Positions 19,924-32,498 of a stretch of DNA of 64,000 nucleotides are shown here, piece after piece. The notes under the pieces were generated by a model that was not told where the DNA came from, searched no databases, and saw only the letters and a list, made by a program, of their open reading frames with translations. The DNA comes from an uncultured delta proteobacterium (lineage in GTDB: Bacteria > Myxococcota > Myxococcia > Myxococcales > Myxococcaceae): assembly GCA_963771175.1 (NCBI GenBank), contig CAVYSY010000033.1:160001-224000 (forward strand), read 5' to 3'. The position numbers were made by a program, and so were the translations under genes. How positions within the stretch are numbered: the stretch's first letter is position 1; each line of letters opens with the position of its first letter.

Positions 19924-21057
19924 ATGTCGTCCCGAGCCCTGTCGTCGTTCAGTGCCGCGGTGCTGTCGCTGTTGCTGCTCACCGCCTGCGGAGAGGAGAA
20001 GCCCTATGCGTGGCAACTGCCACCGGGCTTCCCGGAGCCCTTCGTCCCCTCGGACAACCCCATGTCCGAGGAGAAGGCGGCCCTGGGCCGCTACCTCTTC
20101 TACGACAAGCGCCTGTCCGGCAACGGCACCATGTCCTGCGGGAGCTGCCACGAGCAGAAGCGGGCCTTCAGCGACGGCAAGGCAACGCCCACCGGCTCCA
20201 CGGGGCACCACGTCGCGCGCAACTCGCCCGGCCTCGCCAACGTGGCCTACCTCGCCACGTACACCTGGGCCAACCCCTTGCTCGACACCCTGGAGAAGCA
20301 GGCGCTGGTGCCTCTCTTCGCGGAGTCGCCCGTGGAGCTGGGCGCGGCGGCGAACCTGGAGGAGGTGTTGCAACGGCTGCGCGAGGACTCGCGCTACCCG
20401 GACCTGTTCCGCGCGGCATTCCCGGACGAGAAGCAACCCATCACCCGGGACAACGTCGTGAAGGCGATCGCGTCCTTCCAACGCACGCTGCTGTCGGGCA
20501 ACTCGCCCTACGACCGCTACTTCCAGGGAGACATCCATGCCCTGTCCGACTCCGCCAAGCGGGGCATGGAGCTATTCTTCGGCGAGCGCGCCGAGTGCTA
20601 CCACTGCCACAGCGGGCCGCACCTGACGAACTCCTTCCGGACGAAGGACGCGAAGCAGCTCGAGATCGTCTTCCAGAACACGGGCCTCTACAACGCGGAC
20701 GGCCAGGGGGCCTACCCGGGGGACAACACCGGCCTCTTCGAGTTCACCGGCGACCCGAGGGACATGGGACGCTTCCGCGTCCCCAGCCTGCGCAACGTGG
20801 CCCTGACGGCGCCCTACATGCACGACGGCAGCGTGGCCACCCTGGAGGCGGTCCTGGACCACTACACGGCCGGCGGGCGCGACGTGACGAGCGGGCCCTA
20901 CATGGGGGACGGCCGGGCGAGCCCGCTGAAGGATCCGCTGGTGCGCCCCTTCGAGCTGACGGACCAGGAGCGCGCCGACCTCATCGCCTTCCTCGAGAGC
21001 TTCACCGACATGGACTTCGTGAACGACCCGCGCTTCAGCGACCCCTTCGCCGAGTAG
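19924..21057 (+). CDS. mbnH: MbnH-family di-heme enzyme (bCcP/MauG superfamily), lipoprotein
   Basis: CGSCH and CYHCH heme motifs, LGRYLFYDKRLS, FRVPSLRNVALTAPYMHDGS; directly downstream of mbnP. Confidence 0.9.
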   Translation: MSSRALSSFSAAVLSLLLLTACGEEKPYAWQLPPGFPEPFVPSDNPMSEEKAALGRYLFYDKRLSGNGTMSCGSCHEQKRAFSDGKATPTGSTGHHVARNSPGLANVAYLATYTWANPLLDTLEKQALVPLFAESPVELGAAANLEEVLQRLREDSRYPDLFRAAFPDEKQPITRDNVVKAIASFQRTLLSGNSPYDRYFQGDIHALSDSAKRGMELFFGERAECYHCHSGPHLTNSFRTKDAKQLEIVFQNTGLYNADGQGAYPGDNTGLFEFTGDPRDMGRFRVPSLRNVALTAPYMHDGSVATLEAVLDHYTAGGRDVTSGPYMGDGRASPLKDPLVRPFELTDQERADLIAFLESFTDMDFVNDPRFSDPFAE

Positions 21058-21060
21058 CCT

Positions 21061-21255
21061 CTACAGCAGCGGGGACGGCAAGGGGCGTCGTTCAAAGGGT
21101 AATCGCAAGCCTTCACCCTTCTCCACGCCCTTCACGAAGGCCGCCTGGAGTACCTCCTCGGCCGCCTCCTGGCTGCCCACGCGGGGCACGAGGAAGGCGA
21201 GGAACTGGCGGTGGTGAGCCACCAACGTCCGCAGGACTTCGGGGTGCATGCTCAT
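21061..21255 (-). pseudogene. Truncated CorE-like (metal-responsive) ECF sigma factor fragment
   Basis: MSMHPEVLRTLVAHHRQFLAFLVPRVGSQEAAEEVLQAAFVKGVEKGEGLR resembles the start of sigma region 2 in CorE-like ECFs. It then degenerates and stops, with no room for region 4 before the converging mbnH. ATGA-coupled to the RND gene. Confidence 0.6.
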
Positions 21256-24200
21256 GGTGCCCTCCGGGCCACGAGGCGCTGGCCCATCCGCTCCTGCACT
21301 CCATGGACGAGCGCGTAGAAGGTGGGCAGGGCCAGCAGCGTGAAGAGGGTCGAGGTGAGCAAGCCCGCCCACCATCACCACGGCCAGCGGACGCTCGATT
21401 TCCGTGCCGTGCAGCGGCAGCACCAGCAGGGGCAGCAGGCCGAGGATGGCGGTCCCCGCCGTCATCAGCTTGGGTCGCACGCGGCCGATACTGGCCTCGC
21501 GGAGGGCCTCGGAGAAGGGCTTGCCTTCCGCCACCAGGCCCTTCGTCTGCGCCACCAGCACCAGACCGTTCTGCACCGCGATGCCGAACAGGCCGATGAG
21601 GCCCACGAGGCTGGACACGTTCCATGTCTCCCCGGCCAGCAGCAGCGCGAGGATGCCGCCCACGAAGGCGTCCGGCAGGGTGGCGAGGATGACGAGCGTT
21701 TCGGCGAGCGAGCCCAGCGCCAGGTACAGCAGGAGGAAGACGGCGAGCAGCGCCACCGCGATGGCCACCAGCGAGGGACTGTGCGGCACGCTCCTGGCTC
21801 TCCACCCGGCCTCCCACGTCGAGGAAGTAGCCGGTGGGCAGCTTCAGCTCGCGCCGCCAGCCGCTCGCGCACCTCCGCCGCCGTGCTTCCCAGGTCGCGT
21901 CCCGCGCACGCTCGCCTCCACGGCGATGCGGCGGCTGCCCGGCCTCGCGGCGCACGCTGCCCGCGCCCGATCGTCTCCTCGATGGTGGCGAGCTGACTGA
22001 GGGGAATCCGGCGAACCGTCATGCCCATCCACCAGCAGGTTGCGGATGGCGTTGACGTCCCCCCGGCGGTGATCCGCCAGGCGCAACACCAGGTCGAAGC
22101 GGCGCTGGCCCTGCCACACCTGGGACTCCTCCTCGCCCACGAGCCCCACGCGCACCGCCCGGATGACGTCGCCGGGAGTGAGGCCCACCCGGGCCACCGC
22201 GGCGCGGTTCACGTCGATGCGCAGCTGCGGCAGGCCGCTGAGCTTCTCCACGCGCAGGTCCTCCACGCCCTCTACCCGCGCCATGACGGCACGGGCCCGC
22301 TCCGCGAGCTGGGCGAGCCGCTCCAGGTCCGGGCCGAAGATGCGCACCGACAGATCGGCGGGGCTGCCGCCCAGGCCCTCGTCGATGCGCATGCCCAGGG
22401 GCGTGGTGAAGAGGACGGACACGCCGGGCACCTTCGCCACCGCCTCGCGCATGTCCGCCTCCAGCTCCTCCAGGTTGCGCCGCCGGTCCTTCTTCAGCAC
22501 CACCAGCACGTCGGAGACGGTGTGCGGCATGGGGTCCTCGGTGCGCTCGGCGCGTCCCGTGCGGCGCACCACGTCCTCCACCTCGGGGAACTCGCGCAGC
22601 ACGTCCTCCACGCGGTGGTTGAGCCGGTCCACTTCTTCCAGTGATGCCTCGGGCGGCAGCATCGTCTGGAGGAGCAGCGCCCCCTCGTCCAGCCGCGGCA
22701 TGAAGTCACTGCCCACCACGAAGGCGAGCCCCAGGGCAGGCACCGTGATGGCGAGCGCCACCACGCGGACGAGGCCCGCCCTGCCGCATGCAGGCGTCCA
22801 GCAGCGGCGCATACACGGCCTTCACCTGACGGATGAGCCACACGTCTTCCGGCTGCCCCTGCCTTCCGGGGCCGGAGGAAGAGCGCCGAGGCCACCGGCA
22901 CCAGCGTGAGGGCGAGCAGCAGCGAGGCGGCGAGACACGCCACCACCGCCGCCGCGAGCGGCCGGTACATGCGCCCCTCGATGCCCGACATGGCGAAGAG
23001 GGGAATGAAGACGGAGACGACGATGAGGGTGGCGAAGGTGATGGGCCGGCCCACCTCGCGCGCCGCGCTTCAGCGCCAGCGCGTCTTCTGCGGCGGCCTG
23101 CGTCGCGTCCAGTCCGGAGCCGGTGGACGATGTTCTCGGTGACGATGATGGCCGCGTCCACCAGCAGGCCCACCGCGATGGCCAGCCCGCCGAGCGTCAT
23201 GGTGTTGATGCCCACGCCGGTGGCCTTCAGCAGCAAGCCCGCCAGCGCGAGGGAAAGCGGCAGGGTGAGGGTGACGATGGCCGCGCGCCGGATGTCACCC
23301 AGCAGGCCGAAGAGGACGAGCACCACCAGGAAGGCGCCGATGAGGATGGCCCGGCTGACGCCTCCCAGCGCGGAGGCCACCAGCTCCGACTGGTCGTACA
23401 CGATGCGCAGGCTGACGTCCTGGAGGGAGACTCGCCTGCACTTCGGCGATGGCCCGGCGCACGCCCTCCGCCACCTTCATGGTGTCCGCGCCGAACTGCT
23501 TGCTGATACGGCAGCTCACCACCTCCCCCTTGAGCCGGTGGGCCATACCGCGACGGATGGCGGGTGCCTCTCGCACGTCGGCCACGTCCCCGAGCAGCAC
23601 GGGCGTCCCCCCACGCAGCGCCACCACCGTGCCGCGCAAGTCGTCCAACGTCTTCGCCCGCCCCACCGCCCGCACCGTCCACTCCATGGGCCCCTGCACC
23701 ACGAAGCCACCCGAGGCGTTGAGGTTGGCGCCCTCCAGGGCGTGCTCCACCTCGTCCAGGGAGATGCCCCGGGCCACCATCTGCTCCGAGTCGAGCTGCA
23801 CCTGGAACTGGCGCAGGTAGCCGCCCAGCCGCTCCACGCCCGCCACCCCGGGCACGGCGAGCAGCCGGTTCTTCACCTCGAATTCGGCCAGGTCGCGCAG
23901 CGACATCAGGTCCGCCGTCGCCCGGCTCGGCCTCCAGGGTGAACTCGAACACCTCGTTGAGCCGCCCGGTGAGGCTGGAGACGAGCGGCACATCGGTGCC
24001 GGGCGGCAGCTCGCTGGTAGCCGCCGCCACGCGCTCGGCGACGAACTGGCGGCTGCGGTAGTAGTCCGCGTCCGGCTCGAACTCCACCGTCACCTGGGTG
24101 ACGCCGAGCTGCGAGGTGGAACGGATGCGGCGCACATCCGGCAGGCCCGCGAGCGCCACCTCCATCGGAATGGCCACGGCCGTCTCCAGCTCTTCCGCGC

Positions 24201-24369
24201 CCATGGCCGGGTTCTGCACGATGACGTTGAAGAGGGGGGCGGACAGGTCCGGGAAGACGTCGCGGCGCAGGCCCTTGAAGGCCACCACGCCGAAGGCGGA
24301 GAGGGCCAGGGCCAGCACCACGGTGAGGCCGGGACGCGAGAAGGATGCCTTGAGGGTTTGCGTAATCAC
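21252..24369 (-). CDS. czcA: Heavy-metal efflux RND permease (CzcA/CusA family), multiple +1 frameshifts (probable artifact)
   Basis: Frame pieces: DVFPDL, GYLRQFQVQLD, LGGLAIAVGLLVDAAIIVTENI, FMPRLDEG, GLIGLFGIAVQNG, RVRPKLMTA, ERPLAVVMVGG, TLLALPTFY. Total span about 3.1 kb. Confidence 0.9.
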
Positions 24370-24380
24370 GAGAGGCTCCT

Positions 24381-25580
24381 TCAGTGCTCATGGTGCTCGC
24401 CTCCGCCCCGTGACTTCTCCACCTCGGCCTTGAGGAGGAAGGCGCCCTTCCACCACCACCTGCTCGCCGGCCTTCGAGGCCCGAGAGCACCTCCACGTCG
24501 TCCCCCGAGGGTGCGGCCACGCCCCACCTCGTCGCCGCTCGAAGGTGCCCTCCTCCTTGGGAAGGAAGGCGAACCAGCCATCCTCCAGCCGCTGGAGGGC
24601 CGCCGCCGGGACGGTGGTGACAGTGGCTCCCTGCGCCCCCAGCGGAATGAAGGCCGAGGCGGACATGCCCGGCCTCAACAGCGCCGTCGGGGTTGTCCAG
24701 CTCCAGCCGCACGGGGATGGTGCGCGAGGCCAGCGTCCACCCGCTGACCGACGAAGCCCACCTTCGCGGTGAAGTCCTTGCCGGGAAGCGCCGCGAAGGA
24801 GATGCGCGCCTCGGGCTCCAGGCTGAATGCGCACCGCATCCCGCTCGAAGGCATGCACGGTGAGCCACAGGCGCGACAGGTTCCCGACGTGGAAGAGGCT
24901 CTGGGACGGGTCGGCCATCTGCCCCATCCCGGCGTGGCGCTCGATGACCGTGCCGTCGACGGGCGAGCGCAGGGTGAAGCCCGCGGCCCCTCGACCACTG
25001 GCCGCCTCCTGGGCATCCAGCTCCGAGCGCCAGGAGCTCCGACCGTGCCGCCGCGAGGTCGGCCTCGGCCGCGGCCGCTTCGGCTTCGGCGGCCTGCACC
25101 TCCTTCTGGGCCACGATGCGCTCGGCGGCCAGGGTGCGCTTGCGCTCGGCGGCCTGTCGAGCGGCGCTGGCGCGGGCCTGGGCTGCCTGGAGGGCCGCGC
25201 GTGCCCTGCCCAGCTCGGGGCTCTGCAGGTCCACCAGAGGCTGGCCCTTCTTCACCTGCTGGCCCGCCGAGGCCAGCGAGGGAAAGCACCCGGGCGGGGA
25301 TGGGCGAGGCCACCTCGGCGTAGGCGTTCTCGTTCACGGCCAGCTCGCCCAGGGCGGTGACGCCCTCGCCGCCGGGGCGCTCTTCCACCGGGGCCGTGGT
25401 GACGCGCAAGTCCCGCAGCATCTCCGGATCGATGCGGACGAGGGTTTCGTCTTCGCCCTCACGGTGGGCGTGCGTCTCGGCTTCCTGCTCGTGAGCCTGC
25501 CCCTCTTCATGCGGAGGCGTCTCGCGCTTGCAGGCGCAGAGTCCAAGGAGGAAGGCCAGGAGGATGTGGAGGGGCTTCAT
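24381..25580 (-). CDS. czcB: RND periplasmic adaptor (CzcB/CusB-like membrane fusion lipoprotein), frameshifted
   Basis: Lipobox LCAC; His-rich N-terminus; KKGQPLVDLQSPEL; SRTIPVRLELDNP; LRPGMSA; C-terminal GEHHEH. Confidence 0.88.
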
Positions 25581-26806
25581 CGAAGGGCTCCGGTCTGGAC
25601 GGCGAGTTGGACGCGGGAGAGGGCGGCTTGCAGGAGACGGTCGAGGTAGTCGGCGCGAGAGTCGAGGACGTCCCGGCGCACGAGGAGGAACTCGGCCAGT
25701 CCCATCTCTCCGGCCTCGTAGGACTTGCGCGCGAGCAACTCGTTGTCCGCGAGCAGCGGGAGGGCCTCGCGCTCCAGCAGCTCCACGGCCTCGCGCTGCT
25801 TGCGGTACTGGGCGAGGGCGGCCTCCACCTGGACGGATTGGGCTCGGCGGGCGGCCTCCACTGCCACCTGGAGACGCCGCACCCGGGCCTCGCCCGTCAC
25901 CCGGGCGTACTGCCCCCGGGTGAAGAGCGGCAGGGACACGCCCAGGGCCCCGACGATGACACGCTCATCGCCCTCGTTCTCATAGCGGACCCCCACGTTG
26001 ACGTCGGGCCACGCGGAGCCCTCTCCCAGGCGCCGCTCCGCCTTGGCCTCCTCCAGCTCCGCCACCAGGGCGGTGACGTCCGGACGCTCTGGCAGCGTGG
26101 GCGGAAGCTCCACGGGCTGGGCAGCCAGGGCGCTCAAGTCACCACGCAGCGAGAGAGCAGCGTCAGCCGACAGGCCGAGCAGTCCGCGGAGTTCCCCAAG
26201 AAGGGCGACCTCCGCGCCCTCGGCGCTCGCCACCTCCGCCCGCGCACGAGCCAGGGCCACCCGCGCCACGTTGACGTCCACCACGGGCACGTCCCCGGCC
26301 TCGAATCGCCGCTGGGTGGACTGGGAGAAGTCCCGAGCGGCCTCTTGGGCCCCTCGCGCCAGGAGAAGCCGCTCCCGAGCATGCAGCGCCCGCAGGAAGG
26401 TGGCCGCCACCTCCCCGAGGACCAGGCGCTCCGTGTCCCGCTGGCGGGCCGTCTCACGGGCAAGGCCGGCGCGGGCTGCATCGAGACGAGAGCCCCGCTT
26501 TCCGCCCAGCTCGACGGGCTGAGAGAGCCCCACGACGACATTCGGTGCCCGTTCTCCGGTGGCCAGGGTGCGGGGGCCCGCTTCGAGCGCCAGCGTGGGG
26601 TTGTCGTGCAACAGGGGGGAGGCACCAGCCACGGGCCCTTGCGCTTCGGCCACGCGGCCCGCGGCCTCCAGTAAGGCCGGGGCACGCTGGCGGGCCAGGA
26701 CCAGGGCCTCCTCCAGGGTGAGTACAGACGACTGCGCCGCACCAGAGCACGGCCAGAGCAGCACGGCGGCGAGCCCGAGGGCTGCCGTCGCCAGACGGTG
26801 GAACAC
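25577..26806 (-). CDS. czcC: TolC-family outer membrane efflux protein (CzcC-like)
   Basis: Signal peptide; LSQPVELGGKR, RRFEAGDV, VSLPLF, SYEAGEMGL; overlaps the czcB start. Confidence 0.88.
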   Translation of the reverse strand: MFHRLATAALGLAAVLLWPCSGAAQSSVLTLEEALVLARQRAPALLEAAGRVAEAQGPVAGASPLLHDNPTLALEAGPRTLATGERAPNVVVGLSQPVELGGKRGSRLDAARAGLARETARQRDTERLVLGEVAATFLRALHARERLLLARGAQEAARDFSQSTQRRFEAGDVPVVDVNVARVALARARAEVASAEGAEVALLGELRGLLGLSADAALSLRGDLSALAAQPVELPPTLPERPDVTALVAELEEAKAERRLGEGSAWPDVNVGVRYENEGDERVIVGALGVSLPLFTRGQYARVTGEARVRRLQVAVEAARRAQSVQVEAALAQYRKQREAVELLEREALPLLADNELLARKSYEAGEMGLAEFLLVRRDVLDSRADYLDRLLQAALSRVQLAVQTGALR

Positions 26807-26911
26807 GAGACACCTCGCGGATGTGGGCGAGCGTCACGAGCGAGGCGCCACCCTGGACAACCGGGGCACACCACTCCTGATGAGGCTCAAGGCGGGTAGA
26901 CGAACAGGGCC

Positions 26912-27220
26912 TTACGCGAGGGGCACTATTGGGACGTGCAGGATGTCACCCACGTCGACGGAGGGTGGCTCGTCCTCTTCGTGCTCGGCGGCGGGAGGAG
27001 GCCTTGGAGCCATCGGAACGGTCGCGGGGGTGGGGGCCACGACAACCGGGCGCGCGTGGGAGCAGCAGACGCAATCGGTGCAGTCCGGGGCACACTGCCC
27101 GCGCTCGTCATCGTCCCGGCAGCTCTGCGTGCACACGTCACCCGAGCTGGCGGGCGACAACAGGCCACCACCGACTGGGGTAGACAGCAGGAGGCTGAGG
27201 AAGAGCCAGAGCCGGAGCAC
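26912..27220 (-). CDS. Small exported Cys-rich protein (CzcI/DUF2946-like leader of a metal-efflux operon)
   Basis: GTG start with AGGAG SD; signal peptide; CTQSC...CAPDCTDCVCCSH; Pro-rich tail ending ILHVPIVPLA; first gene of the czc unit. Confidence 0.65.
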   Translation of the reverse strand: MLRLWLFLSLLLSTPVGGGLLSPASSGDVCTQSCRDDDERGQCAPDCTDCVCCSHARPVVVAPTPATVPMAPRPPPAAEHEEDEPPSVDVGDILHVPIVPLA

Positions 27221-27382
27221 GTGGAGCACTCCTAACACGTCGTCAAATGATTTGTTCGACGTTGCTGCCCGACGAGACCAGATTGCTGCTCGGAGTGTCG
27301 CGCATAAGGACCTCAACCGCATGGGCGGCCCCCTTCTCGTCCCCGAGGACGAGGAATAAGGATTGCAGGTATTGGTTCCTCC

Positions 27383-29914
<2,532 letters not shown>

Positions 29915-29935
29915 CCCGCAGTACCCCACCCCTCC

Positions 29936-32495
29936 ATGAAGACGCTTCCGTCCTGGTTGCTCCTGCTGTGCCTCGGGCTCACCGCGCCCGCGCTGGCCCA
30001 GCGCCGCCCCGGCCCGCCCGCTCCGGCGGGCACTCCCGCCGAGCGGCAGGTCGCCCCGCAGACGCCCTCGGGCCCCGAGGCCGGTGGCGCCACCATCGCG
30101 GCCCGACGCCCACGTGCGAGGAGGTCCGTCGCCGCGCCCGCTACGGCATCTACTTCGACAAGGTGGAGATCGAGAAGCTGGTGCAGACCGTCTCGGACGT
30201 CACCTGCAAGCACGTTCATCCTCCCGGAGAACGTGCGCGGGAAGATCTCCATCATCGGCCCGGAGAACGGCACGCGTGGAGGTGGACCGCCGACCAGTTC
30301 TACGCCGCCTTCCTCGCGGCGCTCGACGCCAACGGCCTGGCCGTCTACCAGCACGGGCGCTTCCTGAAGATCGTCGACAAGCGCGCCGCCAAGCAGAACC
30401 CCATCCCCACCATCATCGACGGTGACGCGCCCTACACCGTCAACGAGCAGATGATCACCAAGCTGTTCCGCATCAAGAACGTGGAGGTGGAGCCCCTGCG
30501 CGGCGTGCTGCAGCAGCTGGTGTCCAAGGACGGCGACACCATCCCGTTCCCGCCGGACATCATCATCGTCAACGACGTGGGCTCCAACGTGCACCGGCTC
30601 GAGCGGATCATCGATCAGCTCGACTCGCGCGCGGCCAGCGACGAGATGCGCATCATCCAGGTGCAGTACGCCACCGCGCAGGACGTGGCCGACACGGTGC
30701 AGAAGCTCTTCGAGGAGAAGGGCGGAAGCCGTCCCGGCGGCCGCGCGGGTGCTCCCGCCATGGTGCCGCCGCCCGGCGGCAGAGCGGCGCCCCCATGGCC
30801 GCCGCTCGCCGACAACGGCACCGGAGGGCCGGTGACCCTCTCGCAGATCATCCCCGACGAGCGCACCAACAAGCTCATCGTCGTCGCCAGCCCCGCCGCC
30901 TTCGAGCGCATCCAGAGCTGGTGCGCGAGCTGGACATCCCCATCGCCGGCGACGGGCGCATCAACGTCTACTCCCTGGAGAACGCCAACGCCGAGGAGAT
31001 CGCCAGCACGCTGCAGACGCTCTCGCAGGGCAGCGCCAGCCGGCCGCGCACGCCCACGCCGCAGCCCGCCGGGCGCCCCGCCCGGGTGGCACCGGCGCCC
31101 GCTCCGCCGAGCTGTTCGCCGGCGAGGTGAAGATCTCCGCGGACAAGGGCACCAACTCGCTGGTCATCATCGCCAGCCAGAGCGACTACCGCAGCCTCGT
31201 GCGCGTCATCGCGAGCTCGACAAGCCGCGCCGCCAGGTCTTCGTCGAGGCGGTCATCATGGAGGTCAACCTCGACCGCAACAACGAGTTCGGGCTGAACC
31301 TGCACAGCGGCTACACGCTGTCCACGCCGCTGGGCGACGGCGCGGGCATCGTGGGCACCAAGTACACCAGCAGCGGCGCGCCCGCCCTCCTTCTCGCTGG
31401 TCAACCTGGCCAGCTTCGGCGGCTTCCTCGCCGGCCTGCAGGGCCCCGTCATCCCCGAGCTGAAGGCCCTGGGCATCGACATCCCCGCCTTCGGCGTGGT
31501 GCTGCACGCGCTCCAGCAGAGCTCGGACGTCAACGTGCTCTCCACCCCGCACATCCTCACCAGCGACAACGAGGAGGCGGAGATCACCGTGGGCCAGAAC
31601 GTGCCCTTCCAGGCGGGCTTCACGCCCTCCTCGCTGGGCACCGGCACTCGGCACCACCGCCGGCGGCACCAGCGGCGCCTCCGCCGTCGCTGCTCGGCGC
31701 CCTGGGCGGCCTGGGCAGCCTCTACGCCCCCATCCACCGCCAGAACGTGGAGCTCAAGCTCAAGATCAAGCCGCAGATCAACGAGAGCGACTACATCCGC
31801 CTGACAGTCGACGAGCAGACCGAGGAGATCGCCTCCACGGACCCGGCGCTCGGCCCCACCACCTCCAAGCGCAGCGCCAAGACGACGGTGGTGGCCAAGG
31901 ACCAGGAGACGGTGGTCATCGGCGGCATCATGCAGGAGCGCACGCTCGAGTCGGTGCCGAAGGTGCCGATCCTCGGCGACATCCCGCTCATCGGCCAGCT
32001 CTTCCGCGAGACGAACACGCAGCAAGACGAAGACGAACCTGCTGCTCTTCCTCACGCCCTACATCATCCGCGACCAGCGGACTTCCGGCGCATCTTCGAG
32101 CGCAAGATGAAGGAGCGGCAGCAGTTCGTGGAGCAGTTCTACGGCCAGGTGGCCGGCTACGAGGTGCCGATGGACTTCAGCCGCAAGACGGGTCCGCTGG
32201 GCCGCATGCGCCAGGTGCGTGCAGACCGAGGAGAAGCAAGCTGGAGAACGGCGGCCCCGGCGTGCCGGGCGAGCGCGTCATCCGCCCCGAGGGCACGAGC
32301 GGCACCCGGCCGGCCAGCCCCTCGCCCGGCGCCTCGGGCTCCTCGCCGCCCGGGGGCGGGGACAGTCTCGCCCGCGGAGCGGCGGTTCCTGACTCCAGTT
32401 CCGTCGGAGGAGCCGGTCCCCGTGCAGCCTCCGCCCGCGCCCTCCCGAGGCAGGAGCGGCTCCGCATCCAGCCGGACGCCGGGGAAGAGAGATAG
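29936..32495 (+). CDS. gspD: Type II secretion secretin D, frameshifted
   Basis: Signal peptide; N domains (DERTNKLIV); QVFVEAVIMEV; NVLSTPHILTSDNEEAEITVGQNVP; TVVIGG; KVPILGDIPLIG. Confidence 0.93.
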
Positions 32496-32498
32496 ACC

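Noticed and set aside
19034..21057. Methanobactin biosynthetic cluster
   Set aside because: Only mbnP and mbnH homologs are present; no precursor peptide, mbnB/mbnC or transporter in the window.
18848..27382. Mobile element or genomic island boundaries around the metal cluster
   Set aside because: No integrase, transposase, tRNA, terminal inverted repeats or target duplications found, and GC looks host-like; accessory status can only be shown by comparison.
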